A stretch of DNA of 32,000 nucleotides from Vibrio vulnificus CMCP6 (GTDB taxonomy: Bacteria; Pseudomonadota; Gammaproteobacteria; Enterobacterales; Vibrionaceae), in NCBI RefSeq assembly GCF_000039765.1, contig NC_004459.3, positions 210,001 through 242,000 of the forward strand. The letters run 5' to 3'. Positions 9,577-18,817 of this stretch are shown here, piece by piece. The number at the start of each line of letters is the position of its first letter. The stretch's first letter is position 1. Under the pieces are notes generated by a model. That model did no database searches and was not told the origin of the DNA. It worked only from the letters and a program-made list of their open reading frames with translations. Made by a program: the position numbers and the translations under genes.

Positions 9577-10404
9577 TTACTTCAACTTATAGATGATACC
9601 TGGATTACAACGAACCATTTCGAATCGGTCTGTCAATCCAGTGAGAGACTCTGATGCCCCTAGCAGTAAGTAACCACCAGGGTTCAAGCTGTTCGCCATC
9701 TGATTGAGCACTTTTGATTTCATATCTGGTGAAAAGTAAATCAATACGTTTCGGCAGAAAATGATGTCAAATTTACCCAGTAACGCATAGCTATCCATCA
9801 AGTTTTGTGGCCTAAAGTTCACCAAACGCTTTACGTTGTCTTTGACTTTCATACGGCCATCGCCTGCGTCTTCAAAAAACGTGCGACGTCGCTCAGGAGA
9901 AAGACCACGTCCTAGGGCCAGGTTGTCATACACACCAGCACGGCACATATCCAACATACTGGCTGAGATATCCGTCGCGGTGATTGACACGCTGGTTAAC
10001 ATGCCGGGCTTGCGTTGTTGAGTCTCTAGCACCGTCATTGCCATCGAATAAGGTTCTTGACCTGAAGAACTTGCCGCTGACCAAATTTTAATAGGGCGAC
10101 GGCTTGCCGCAACCTCAGGCAAAAGCTTTTCTGCCAACACGGTGAAAGGATAGGTATCACGAAACCACAAGGTTTCGTTTGTCGTCATTGCATCGACTGC
10201 TGCCACTCGAAGTTCGCGATTGCGGCCAGTGACCACATCTCTTAGAAGATCTGAGAGTGAAGCTAGTTTGAATTTGGTGACCAATGGACTGAGACGGCTA
10301 CGGACCAAATACTGCTTACTGTCACCCAATACGATGCCGCACTGGGACTCTAGAAAACGGCTAAAGTCTCGATACTCTTGGTCACTGATTGTAATAGCAG
10401 TCAT
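9577..10404 (-). CDS. cheR: Chemotaxis protein methyltransferase CheR
   Basis: 275 aa, IWSAASSSGQEPYSMAM SAM-binding region, FDIIFCRNVLIYF, LNPGGYLLLGASE. Confidence 0.96.
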   Translation of the reverse strand: MTAITISDQEYRDFSRFLESQCGIVLGDSKQYLVRSRLSPLVTKFKLASLSDLLRDVVTGRNRELRVAAVDAMTTNETLWFRDTYPFTVLAEKLLPEVAASRRPIKIWSAASSSGQEPYSMAMTVLETQQRKPGMLTSVSITATDISASMLDMCRAGVYDNLALGRGLSPERRRTFFEDAGDGRMKVKDNVKRLVNFRPQNLMDSYALLGKFDIIFCRNVLIYFSPDMKSKVLNQMANSLNPGGYLLLGASESLTGLTDRFEMVRCNPGIIYKLK

Positions 10405-10417
10405 TAACGTCTCTTTA

Positions 10418-11344
10418 TTAGTTTGTTAGTGCAGTTTTCACTGCATTACCCAATTCGTCTGGATTGAACTTCGCGATAAACGCATTTGCGCCGACTCGTT
10501 CAACCATGGCTTGGTTAAAGACACCACTGAGAGAGGAGTGCAGGATCACATACAGATCTTTTAGCTCTGCATGGCGGCGAATTTCCGCCGTTAAAGTATA
10601 ACCATCCATCTCAGGCATTTCGATATCCGAAATCACAAGAGAAATCTGATCTCTAATCGGGCCATCTGCGGCCATTTCAAGCAGCTTCTCGTAAGCCTCT
10701 TTACCATCTTTAACCGCCACGCATTCAAAACCAATATTGGTAATGGCGCGCTCTACCTGTTTACGAGCAACGGTTGAGTCGTCAGCAATCAAGATGCGAC
10801 GTACGATCGCTTTTTCAGTTTCCACCTTGGCAATTTCTTCACCAATAGAAGAATCCATCGTTTCATCCACTGGCGCGATTTCAGCCAAAATTTTCTCAAC
10901 GTCGAGAATTTCAACTAACTCATTGTCAATGTTGGTTACTGCGGTTAGGTAGTTCGCTTTACCAGCACCATCTGGTGGTGGCAAGATAGCCTCCCAATGC
11001 ATATTAATAATACGCTCAACAGAAGTTACCAGGAACGCCTGAATGGAACGGTTGAACTCTGCGATAACCACAAAACATTTATCGATATCTTGAGTTGGAC
11101 GTCCGCCAATTGCTAGGCTTAGGTCAATCACCGACACGGTATGGCCACGAATATGAGCAACACCTTTTACCAGTGGGTGCAGATTAGGCATTGAAGTAAG
11201 CTTAGGGCACTGTAGCACTTCTTTGACTTTAAATACGTTAATACCATAACGTTGTCGGCCCATTAAACGAAAGGTCAGCAACTCAAGTCTATTTTGACCT
11301 ACGAGTTGCGTCCGCTGATTCACTGAATCAAGAATCCCCGTCAT
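10418..11344 (-). CDS. cheV: Chemotaxis coupling protein CheV (CheW domain + receiver domain)
   Basis: 308 aa, N-terminal CheW-like (YGINVFKVKEV...GVAHIRGHTVSVIDL) and C-terminal receiver (RRILIADDSTVARKQVE...LVISDIEMPEMDGY). Confidence 0.95.
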   Translation of the reverse strand: MTGILDSVNQRTQLVGQNRLELLTFRLMGRQRYGINVFKVKEVLQCPKLTSMPNLHPLVKGVAHIRGHTVSVIDLSLAIGGRPTQDIDKCFVVIAEFNRSIQAFLVTSVERIINMHWEAILPPPDGAGKANYLTAVTNIDNELVEILDVEKILAEIAPVDETMDSSIGEEIAKVETEKAIVRRILIADDSTVARKQVERAITNIGFECVAVKDGKEAYEKLLEMAADGPIRDQISLVISDIEMPEMDGYTLTAEIRRHAELKDLYVILHSSLSGVFNQAMVERVGANAFIAKFNPDELGNAVKTALTN

Positions 11345-11419
11345 AAGCTCATCTCCATCTCAAACTTTTTGATTAAAAGTGATAATCTAATTACAGCTGC
11401 ATAACACCAGAGAAACAGA

Positions 11420-12166
11420 ATGGCGTATTCTAATACTTATTTATCTTCATTTACCATCTATAAGTGTAGAGCTTTCTATAAAAGTTACGCTAAGTCTATC
11501 GGCATTTTGCTAACTTTGTTTAGTTTTTTTGCGCATGGCGCGACAGAAAATCAAATAAAACAGATACAGTTAGCTGCAGAAGAACACATTTTAGCCAATG
11601 TGGAGGCCCCATTGGGAGGCCAGTTGACTGTCAGTGCCGCTAATATAGATAGTAGAATAAAAGCGACCGATTGCCCGATTGCTTTGGTAACAAGTTCCAC
11701 TTCAACCAATAGCACTCGAAGTAATATTAATGTTCTTGTGGAATGTCCACCAGATGAATGGCAGATCTATGTTCCTGTGAGACTGTCGATTGCCGTTTCC
11801 CTTGTAACGGCAAATCGCTCCCTTAGCCGGGGAGAAATCATCTCCTTCTCAGATGTGAGTACCAATTTGATAGAGTTGCAACGCTTTCGTAAAGAAGGGT
11901 ATTCCGACATCAATCAAGTCGTTGGGGCGAAAGTAAAACGCGTTTTGCGTCCTGGTGATGTAGTGGAACGAGGAGACATCTGTGTTGTATGCCGCAATGA
12001 AAAAGTGGTGATAAAAGCAACAAAGGATGGGATGACAATCACAACTCAAGGCACCTCATTGCAAGATGGCGCAACAGGGGAACAAGTTCGGGTGAAAAAT
12101 GACAAGTCTCAGCGTATAATCGAAGGAATTGTGACCGGCATTGCTGAAGTGACTGTTTCGTTTTAA
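11420..12166 (+). CDS. flgA: Flagellar basal body P-ring formation chaperone FlgA
   Basis: 248 aa, SAF-like region LSRGEIISFSDVSTN and C-term KVIIKATKDGMTITTQGTSLQDGATGEQVRVKNDKSQRIIEGIV; divergent from cheV. Exact start uncertain. Confidence 0.92.
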   Translation: MAYSNTYLSSFTIYKCRAFYKSYAKSIGILLTLFSFFAHGATENQIKQIQLAAEEHILANVEAPLGGQLTVSAANIDSRIKATDCPIALVTSSTSTNSTRSNINVLVECPPDEWQIYVPVRLSIAVSLVTANRSLSRGEIISFSDVSTNLIELQRFRKEGYSDINQVVGAKVKRVLRPGDVVERGDICVVCRNEKVVIKATKDGMTITTQGTSLQDGATGEQVRVKNDKSQRIIEGIVTGIAEVTVSF

Positions 12167-12245
12167 CATGTTCCTCATGCTTCCTATCGGGGCTCGTCTA
12201 AGTTTTAGGCCCGAATCCTGCTAGAAAGAAAATGGAAATTTTTTC

Positions 12246-12272
12246 TAAAGTATTGACTGACGTGGTCGATAC
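12246..12272 (+). promoter_or_regulatory. Putative sigma-28 (FliA) promoter for flgM-flgN
   Basis: TAAAGTAT-N11-GTCGATAC, close to TAAAGTTT-N11-GCCGATAA, about 40 nt upstream of flgM. Confidence 0.75.
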
Positions 12273-12312
12273 TGAGAGTACAAATCCCGTACTGTGTAGG
12301 TAAGGTTTATAT

Positions 12313-12639
12313 ATGGCAAGTATCGATAACATACGTTCAGGTCAAATCATGACGACAAACAGTCGTGGCCCTGCGCGTGCCGATTCAAATTCGGTATCTG
12401 ATACCCGTAACGAAGCGAAAAAAAGCAACGTCGGGCAAGATGCAGTCTCTTTGAGTCAACAAAGTCGTGATATCGAGCAGCTTCATCAGGAAATGGCGTC
12501 TAAGCCAGCATTCGATGCCGCTAAAGTCGCCGCGATCAAAGAAGCGATCGCAAACGGTTCTTATCGTGTCGATCCTGAAAAGCTTGCAGATAACATGATG
12601 AAATTTGAAAACGAACTGGCAGACCGCGTTAAAGCATAA
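12313..12639 (+). CDS. flgM: Anti-sigma-28 factor FlgM
   Basis: 108 aa, MASIDNIRSGQ...; C-term KVAAIKEAIANGSYRVDPEKLADNMMKFE. Confidence 0.96.
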   Translation: MASIDNIRSGQIMTTNSRGPARADSNSVSDTRNEAKKSNVGQDAVSLSQQSRDIEQLHQEMASKPAFDAAKVAAIKEAIANGSYRVDPEKLADNMMKFENELADRVKA

Positions 12640-12659
12640 GGTCTAGGTAGGTAGTAGTT

Positions 12660-13085
12660 ATGGCTGCTTTAGTTGATTTAGTAAATTTCCAGTTTGAAAA
12701 TGCTAAAGCTCTCTCTATTGTGTTAGAAAAGGAAAGCAAGATCATTGCTAGCCGTGTTTCAGCAGATATTGAGAAAATTGCCAAAGAAAAGATGACGCTC
12801 ATTGGTCGTTTACAACAAACTGACCAGCGAATTGCCTCTCACCCGCATGTCAATCAACTTACCGAAGATACTTACTTAAGAGAAACGGTTGCCAGTATTC
12901 AATCTATTATTCTTGATTGCCAACAAATCAACCAAATCAACGGCGAAGCGCTTACGCGCGCTCAATCTAGCTTCAACAAACTCAATAATATGCTGCAACA
13001 TAGCCACGGAAAAATAGGCATGACTTATAATGCCGGTGGTAAAACGCATACCATTTCTACCCTTGGTACCAATATCAAAGCGTAA
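12660..13085 (+). CDS. flgN: Flagellar export chaperone FlgN
   Basis: 141-aa helical protein directly downstream of flgM; FlgN-like pattern. Confidence 0.87.
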   Translation: MAALVDLVNFQFENAKALSIVLEKESKIIASRVSADIEKIAKEKMTLIGRLQQTDQRIASHPHVNQLTEDTYLRETVASIQSIILDCQQINQINGEALTRAQSSFNKLNNMLQHSHGKIGMTYNAGGKTHTISTLGTNIKA

Positions 13086-13227
13086 TCACACCGAATAACG
13101 CCTTTTTTCGGTATTAATCCAAACCCAATGCCCCTTTTCTCATACAACACTAAATCGAATCCTCCTTTTTATCCTTCGATAACATCACGTCAAAAAATCA
13201 CGAACGCTGCGCTAAAAACGAATAAAA

Positions 13228-13252
13228 GAAAAGCGGCCAACCGTGGCCGCTT
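13228..13252 (-). terminator. Terminator after flgP
   Basis: AAGCGGCCA-4nt-TGGCCGCTT followed on the minus strand by TTCTTTTATT. Confidence 0.75.
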
Positions 13253-13282
13253 GATTCTGATTATCTGGAAAACTGAAAGAGA

Positions 13283-13714
13283 TTAGAAAAGTGTTTGCTG
13301 CCTTTTTTCAGGGATCTGCTGAACTTCACCGTAGTCACGCAGCTTATCCATCTTACGGATATCTAAACGCAGTTCAGTTACATAGCTGTCGCCCACAGGG
13401 TAACTACGCACCACTTCTGCACCACGGATCACACCATCAACCGCACCGGAAGTATTTTCAACACCCAAACGTTGATCTTCCAAATGCGCTCTGCCACTCA
13501 CTCGCATACCATAAACCTGCTCGGCAAGTTCACGATACGCATCAATTTTAGAAGCACGCATAGCACGAACGCGTTTTTCTTCATCTGTGCGGCCTGTTTG
13601 TTCACTAATACTGGCATACCCCACGGCAACCAGCATATCGTCTTGACGCATCTGTTGCAGCGGTTGGCATCCCACCATAAGGAGCATAACGAAAGCGATA
13701 AGATACTTTTTCAT
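13283..13714 (-). CDS. flgP: Flagellar assembly lipoprotein FlgP (LPP20 family)
   Basis: 143 aa, lipobox LMLLMVGC, RAMRASKIDAYRELAEQVYGMRVSG; downstream of flgO. Confidence 0.92.
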   Translation of the reverse strand: MKKYLIAFVMLLMVGCQPLQQMRQDDMLVAVGYASISEQTGRTDEEKRVRAMRASKIDAYRELAEQVYGMRVSGRAHLEDQRLGVENTSGAVDGVIRGAEVVRSYPVGDSYVTELRLDIRKMDKLRDYGEVQQIPEKRQQTLF

Positions 13715-13722
13715 AGCTCCCC

Positions 13723-14358
13723 CTATGGACGCAGGATCACGGTATATGGTTGACGAATGGTCGGATCTGAACGAATGATCACCCCATCTTGAGTGCGAAT
13801 GCTGTTCAATGTATCCAAGTCGCGGCCAATGCGTTCAGCAGGTAAGAAGCCTTGAGCTGAAGCCACTACCACTCGAGTTTGCATCCCCACAACGCGAGCG
13901 TTGACTAACACGCCGCCTTCTTGTCGTAGCATGGTCCCTGTTAGTACATATTGGATTTCTTGTTCTTGTGCGAGATCTTTCCAATCACGGCTCAAAGCAA
14001 AATCGCCTTGTTGCGTCACTTGAATTGATCCCGTGGTTTTGAAATCCACGACTTTGAAGCCACGACGCTGAAGTTGGTAAATAAAGCCTTCAGACACGGA
14101 ATTTCCAAGCCAGTTGGTTGAATCCATGTTCTGCAAATCAACAAACGAGGTGACGGCAATCGGCGTGCGAGCAGACACACTGGTATTTGACAGAATCAGA
14201 TCTTCCGTCAGGCTCTCGACAAAGAAGTCCATAGTATGACGCGGGCTTTCCATCAGCATAAATTGGCTGCCCGAGTACGGTTCTTTACCGTTGTAAATCG
14301 GTGAGTAGGCGCATGAACTCAAAGCCATGACGGACGCTACAACAATCCATTTTTTCAT
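13723..14358 (-). CDS. flgO: Flagellar outer-membrane protein FlgO
   Basis: 211 aa, lipobox VMALSSC, SNTSVSARTPIAVTSFVDLQNMDSTNWLGN...; adjacent to flgP and flgT. Confidence 0.92.
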   Translation of the reverse strand: MKKWIVVASVMALSSCAYSPIYNGKEPYSGSQFMLMESPRHTMDFFVESLTEDLILSNTSVSARTPIAVTSFVDLQNMDSTNWLGNSVSEGFIYQLQRRGFKVVDFKTTGSIQVTQQGDFALSRDWKDLAQEQEIQYVLTGTMLRQEGGVLVNARVVGMQTRVVVASAQGFLPAERIGRDLDTLNSIRTQDGVIIRSDPTIRQPYTVILRP

Positions 14359-14426
14359 GGGGTTAATCTCCAGATAATCTCAGATGTCCATTAAGACTGC
14401 TTTTGTTTTCCGACTGGTTTACAATC

Positions 14427-14444
14427 TTGGAACAGTCTTTGCTT
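14427..14444 (+). promoter_or_regulatory. Putative sigma-54 promoter for flgT
   Basis: TTGGAACAGTCTTTGCTTTT: GG (14429-14430)-N10-GC (14441-14442), about 85 nt upstream of the refined flgT ATG. Confidence 0.55.
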
Positions 14445-14498
14445 TTGTATCTCTGCAACAAGTTAAAAGCGACATCCATATACAGCTGATAAATGCAA

Positions 14499-14514
14499 AG
14501 CAATATCTATACCC
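14499..14514 (-). promoter_or_regulatory. Weak candidate sigma-54 promoter for flgO-flgP
   Basis: Minus strand TGGGTATAGATATTGC (GG-N10-GC), about 140 nt upstream of flgO. Confidence 0.35.
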
Positions 14515-14530
14515 ACTTGGGAAACCCACA

Positions 14531-15664
14531 ATGAAAAAAATCACTTTTGGCCTATTTTCAACAATTTGGATGACACTCATTTCTCTGAATGCTCATGCTG
14601 CATGGTATGAAGCGACGGGAGTTGCCACCATTGTTTCATCTGAAGAAGTGGCAAGAGTTCACGCCTTAGAGGACGCGTTATATAAAGCCGTCAACTTTTC
14701 TGGGGCAGACATCGGCAGCCTCAGTAATCTTCGCCCATTTCTTGAAGAGAGCCGCACAGAGTATCAATTCACTAACCACGAAGTCCGCTACATCCTGGTT
14801 CAGTCTCAACGATCCAAAGGGAATAAGGTCGAAGTACGTGCCAGAATTGATATTTATCCATCGGCAACAGGTTGCCACGTTAGCCAATATAAAAAGACCA
14901 TTTTGGTCGGCAATATCGATGTTGCCTCCCCCCAACAAGCGGTGATGGGGCAAATCTACAAAGTGGGGGACGATTTCAGCCACGTCATTAACCGACAGTT
15001 TGATCAGGAATCAAGAAGTTTTGTTTCGGTCGGCACCACTGATTACGATATTGATCGACGTAATCCGGAACGTATCAAGATGATTGCCCAAGACACTGGT
15101 GCTCAATACATCATCGGTGGTGTCATCACTGACTTAACCGCGACGATCGAATCGAAATTACTGGTGGATGACGTGATCAATCGCCAGTTTGCCCTCGAAA
15201 TGCAGGTGTACGATGGCAAAACGGGCAATGAAGTGTATTCAAGAAGCTACCGTGAAGTGGCGAAGTGGCCGTTTGCAAAAACCAGCCAAATTGACACTCG
15301 CAGTGCGCGCTTCTGGGCTTCAACCTATGGTGAGATGATGCTGCGAGTCAGCCGTAACATCATGTTAGATATGGAATCGGAAGTGTCGTGCAAGATCACC
15401 TTGCCAGAAGTTGTGGCTGTTTTTGGCAATACCGTCACGATGGATCTCGGCCGAGTTCATGGTGTGCGCGAAGGCGACAGGTTGCAACTTTGGCACACGG
15501 CTTCGTTTATTGATCAGTACGGCTTGCCACGCAATAAAGTATCTCAAAGCGAAATTACCTTAACGGTTTCTCGAGTTTATGAAAATGAAGCCGAGTTGAC
15601 GGTGGATCAACCGAACTTAGCCTCCAGTATCCAGATTGGCGACGTAATGCACAAACCGCTTTAA
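14531..15664 (+). CDS. flgT: Flagellar H-ring protein FlgT (start refined)
   Basis: The track start at 14384 includes an unlikely 49-aa extension. ATG at 14531 gives signal peptide MKKITFGLFSTIWMTLISLNAHAAWYEATG; the rest is FlgT-like. Confidence 0.93.
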   Translation: MKKITFGLFSTIWMTLISLNAHAAWYEATGVATIVSSEEVARVHALEDALYKAVNFSGADIGSLSNLRPFLEESRTEYQFTNHEVRYILVQSQRSKGNKVEVRARIDIYPSATGCHVSQYKKTILVGNIDVASPQQAVMGQIYKVGDDFSHVINRQFDQESRSFVSVGTTDYDIDRRNPERIKMIAQDTGAQYIIGGVITDLTATIESKLLVDDVINRQFALEMQVYDGKTGNEVYSRSYREVAKWPFAKTSQIDTRSARFWASTYGEMMLRVSRNIMLDMESEVSCKITLPEVVAVFGNTVTMDLGRVHGVREGDRLQLWHTASFIDQYGLPRNKVSQSEITLTVSRVYENEAELTVDQPNLASSIQIGDVMHKPL

Positions 15665-15717
15665 TATCAAAAGTTAAGGCTTAACATTTGTGTCTATTTC
15701 CGTAAGATAACAAGCCT

Positions 15718-15794
15718 GCTCCCATGGCACAGCTGGATAGCGCGGCCCCCTCCTAAGGGGCAGGTCACAGGTTCAAATCCTGTTGGGAGCGCCA
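15718..15794 (+). tRNA. tRNA-Arg (anticodon CCT)
   Basis: 77-nt cloverleaf: GCTCCCA acceptor pairs with TGGGAGC, anticodon arm GCCCC-CTCCTAA-GGGGC, T-arm ACAGG-TTCAAAT-CCTGT, encoded 3' GCCA. One A-C mismatch in the D-stem. Confidence 0.93.
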
Positions 15795-15801
15795 TTTTAC
15801 T

Positions 15802-15833
15802 AAGCCAAGCGTCAACGACGCTTGGCTTTTTTT
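15802..15833 (+). terminator. Rho-independent terminator after tRNA-Arg
   Basis: AAGCCAAGCGTC-AAC-GACGCTTGGCTT, 12-bp perfect stem plus T-tract. Confidence 0.93.
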
Positions 15834-15949
15834 CGTCCAGTACTTTCCTATTGTTCAGAAAAAAATGGGCAACTTTTCATTTTGCTACTTTAATTATTAC
15901 TAATATTTTCTTACTCTAACCCATATTAATAAAATTATTAGTTACTGTT

Positions 15950-16456
15950 ATGACTAAGAGCAATCTGATAACTAACACTGGGCATCGTTTTATTTCAAAA
16001 GGCAAAACTGCCTTTAAAATTCATATCCATACACCTGACGATAAAGTGCTGCATCGTTCGATTGGATTTGTAAAACTTGGGGAAAAGAAAGCGCTACAAA
16101 AAGCGATTAAAATGCGTAATGAACTAGGGAGAGAGATGTGGGGGAAATTCTGGCGACGCCTAATGAAAGATCCGTACTTAATGACTCGTCTGCCTCATAG
16201 TTTAGAACCAAAGATCGTACACAAACCCAACCCTACTCTGGCGGATCCTAACAACCGAGATACCTGCTACATTGCCAAATGGCGTGTGATGAATGACAAA
16301 GGCGAATACAAATACAAAACCGTCGTTCGTTCCATCAGCAAATACGGCAAACTTGCCGCCTACTCACAGACCAAAAAAGCGCTATTGGAAGCGCACAAAG
16401 AGAATTTAGAGATCCTCACCTTTATGGGCCGATTGAACAGTATCGGTCTCAAATAA
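15950..16456 (+). CDS. Hypothetical basic protein, possible duplicated AP2-like domain
   Basis: 168-aa ORF rich in K/R; two segments (KIHIHTPDDKVLHRSIGFVKLGEKKALQKAIKMRNEL and KWRVMNDKGEYKYKTVVRSISKYGKLAAYSQTKKALLEAHKENL) share a beta-strands-then-helix pattern. Confidence 0.7.
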   Translation: MTKSNLITNTGHRFISKGKTAFKIHIHTPDDKVLHRSIGFVKLGEKKALQKAIKMRNELGREMWGKFWRRLMKDPYLMTRLPHSLEPKIVHKPNPTLADPNNRDTCYIAKWRVMNDKGEYKYKTVVRSISKYGKLAAYSQTKKALLEAHKENLEILTFMGRLNSIGLK

Positions 16457-16488
16457 CGCGTGCTCTTTTTCGCACTCAAACAAAGTCC

Positions 16489-16519
16489 AAAAAAAACCGC
16501 AGCACAGAGCTGCGGTTTG
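16489..16519 (-). terminator. Rho-independent terminator after gltX
   Basis: CCGCAGC-5nt-GCTGCGG stem with an 8-nt T run on the minus strand. Confidence 0.85.
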
Positions 16520-16536
16520 TTATTCTCGCTGGCCAA

Positions 16537-17961
16537 TTATGCGTTTGCTTCACGCTCTGCAATAAACGCCAACGCCATCTTAATACGCGCAACAACACGC
16601 TCTTTACCGATGAGCTGCATCACCGCATCCACAGAAGGAGACTGACCGCCACCAGTAACAGCAACACGCAGAGGCATACCGATTTTGCCCATACCGATTT
16701 CAAGCTCAGTACACACATCGGCAATCACTTGGTGTAGGTTTTCTGTTGTCCACTCAGTAAGTGCTTCCACTTTAGCCAGTGCGACTTCTAGCGGCTGCTT
16801 CGCCACACCACGTAAGTGTTTTTTCGCTGCATCTGCATCAAATGCGTCAAAATCTTGGTAGAAGTAACCAATTTGATCGGCCAACTCAACCAACGTATTG
16901 CAACGCTCACCAACCAGTTTGATCACGTCAGTGATGGCTGGACCATTTTCTGTCTTGATGCCCTTTTGATCCAAGTGCCATTGCAGGTGTTCTGCCACAT
17001 ACTCAGGATCCGATGTTTTGATGTAGTGGTTATTCAACCAAAGCAGCTTGTCGGTATTAAACGCAGACGCTGACTTTGAGATAGCATTCAAGCTAAATAG
17101 GTTGATCATCTCTTCTTGAGAGAAAATTTCTTGGTCGCCGTGAGACCAACCAAGGCGCACGAGGTAGTTGTTCAATGCCACTGGCAAGTAACCCATATCG
17201 CGGTATTGCATCACTGATACCGCACCATGACGCTTAGACAGTTTCGCACCGTCATCACCTAGAATCATGGCACAATGCGCAAACGTAGGGACTGGCGCGC
17301 CTAATGCTTCATAGATGTTGATTTGACGAGGCGTGTTGTTGATATGGTCTTCGCCACGAATAACGTGCGTAATGCCCATATCCCAGTCGTCAACCACCAC
17401 ACAGAAGTTGTAGGTTGGTGAGCCGTCAGTGCGACGGATGATGAGATCATCCATTTGGCTGTTGCTGATTTCGATACGACCACGGATTTGATCTTCGAAT
17501 ACCACGCTACCCTCTTTCGGGTTACGGAAACGAATCACGCATGGATCGCCATCTTTTGCCGCTTCATTTGCCGCTTTGATTTTTGGATGCTCAGCGTCAT
17601 AGCGAGGCATTTCTTTGTTGGCTTCTTGCTCTGCACGAACTTCATCAAGCAGCTCTTTTGATGCGTAACATTTGTACGCTTTGTCTTCCGCAAGCAGCTT
17701 GTCAACCATCTCGTTGTAACGGTCAAAACGCTGAGTTTGGAAATAAGGACCTTCGTTCCATTCCAAACCTAGCCACTGCATACCTTCAAGAATGGCATCT
17801 ACCGCTTCCTGAGAATTGCGCTCTAAGTCAGTATCTTCGATACGTAGAACGAACTCACCACCTTGGCTTTTCGCGTATAACCAAGAGTAAAGTGCTGTAC
17901 GAGCACCACCAACGTGTAGGTAGCCAGTTGGGCTAGGAGCAAAACGAGTTTTAACCGTCAT
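16537..17961 (-). CDS. gltX: Glutamyl-tRNA synthetase
   Basis: 474 aa, [24 protein letters not shown] (HIGH-like) and KLSKRHGA (KMSKS-like). Confidence 0.98.
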   Translation of the reverse strand: MTVKTRFAPSPTGYLHVGGARTALYSWLYAKSQGGEFVLRIEDTDLERNSQEAVDAILEGMQWLGLEWNEGPYFQTQRFDRYNEMVDKLLAEDKAYKCYASKELLDEVRAEQEANKEMPRYDAEHPKIKAANEAAKDGDPCVIRFRNPKEGSVVFEDQIRGRIEISNSQMDDLIIRRTDGSPTYNFCVVVDDWDMGITHVIRGEDHINNTPRQINIYEALGAPVPTFAHCAMILGDDGAKLSKRHGAVSVMQYRDMGYLPVALNNYLVRLGWSHGDQEIFSQEEMINLFSLNAISKSASAFNTDKLLWLNNHYIKTSDPEYVAEHLQWHLDQKGIKTENGPAITDVIKLVGERCNTLVELADQIGYFYQDFDAFDADAAKKHLRGVAKQPLEVALAKVEALTEWTTENLHQVIADVCTELEIGMGKIGMPLRVAVTGGGQSPSVDAVMQLIGKERVVARIKMALAFIAEREANA

Positions 17962-18165
17962 CAGAATTCCTTAGGGATAAAATACAGCCTCTATTTCAAG
18001 CACTGCGAGTTCAAGGACAAAAGTGGCGACATTTTACCATCGTCGAACGAATCTACAACCAGAGAAAATCGCTCAGGCTATCCCAAAAACACATGCCCTC
18101 AATGTGTTTATCACATTGAGGGTGGAATTCGATTTTTCGCTTGTTAAACGAAGGAAAGAAGAAAA

Positions 18166-18756
18166 CTATTTTAAGTTTTGCATTGCCCATTGCATAAAGG
18201 CTTGCTGCTCTTGTCGAGTCATTTCTTTAAATGCAGTTTTAAGATCCATTGCTTTTGGATCGTGATTAACGAGTGGTGCGCTGTCCGCCTTTTGTGCTTT
18301 CTGCGCGTTGTAATCTGCGACTTCTCGTTCGTAATCACGAAACCCTTGCAGGCCACCTTTATAGAGCTGAACCATGGTAAATGCGACCGGATTTCCTTGA
18401 GCATCCGTCAAGTGCACCGTTGGGTTGTTTTCAAATTTTTTCGCGTCGTCAATCGTACGGAACTTGCCATACTTTAGTGTCAGCGCTTGTTCTGGCTTGG
18501 CGACAAACTCAAGCAATAATGGTTGTGAATCAAATTTGCGGCGTTTGCCATCTTCAAAAACAATTTGTCCAATCGTCACCGCAATCTGATTGTGGCCCGG
18601 TTTTAATTCGATGCGATTGCCATTATGCACTTCTTGAAGCGTCACGCCTTCACCATTGACGATTTGTGGCGTAATTTCCTTCTGCAGCGTCAGGTTGGCA
18701 GCGAACAGTGAGCTGCTAAATAGTGCTAGCGCACTCAGAATCATCATTTTTTTCAT
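18166..18756 (-). CDS. DUF2057 / UPF0319 family protein
   Basis: 196 aa with signal peptide; GVTLQEVHNGNRIELKPGHNQIAVTIGQIVFEDGKRRKFDSQPLLLEF resembles the YccT/DUF2057 family. Confidence 0.8.
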   Translation of the reverse strand: MKKMMILSALALFSSSLFAANLTLQKEITPQIVNGEGVTLQEVHNGNRIELKPGHNQIAVTIGQIVFEDGKRRKFDSQPLLLEFVAKPEQALTLKYGKFRTIDDAKKFENNPTVHLTDAQGNPVAFTMVQLYKGGLQGFRDYEREVADYNAQKAQKADSAPLVNHDPKAMDLKTAFKEMTRQEQQAFMQWAMQNLK

Positions 18757-18781
18757 ATTTCAGTTCCACTTATCAACGAAG

Positions 18782-18804
18782 AAAGGGCGTTGCCGCCCTT
18801 TCTT
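18782..18804 (-). terminator. Terminator after porin gene
   Basis: AAAGGGCG-4nt-CGCCCTTT with T-rich sequence on the minus strand. Confidence 0.6.
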
Positions 18805-18817
18805 GATTTCTAACGAG

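Noticed and set aside
14384-14530. N-terminal extension of FlgT in the ORF track
   Set aside because: A canonical signal peptide starts at the internal ATG at 14531; the upstream stretch carries promoter-like elements.
15718-16456. Genomic island inserted at tRNA-Arg
   Set aside because: Only one small ORF follows the tRNA before gltX; no integrase, no duplicated tRNA 3' end downstream and no composition break visible by eye. Kept only as a weak hypothesis for the 168-aa ORF.
18023-18265. 80-aa plus-strand ORF between gltX and the DUF2057 gene
   Set aside because: Overlaps the 3' end of the DUF2057 gene antisense; no family-like motifs.
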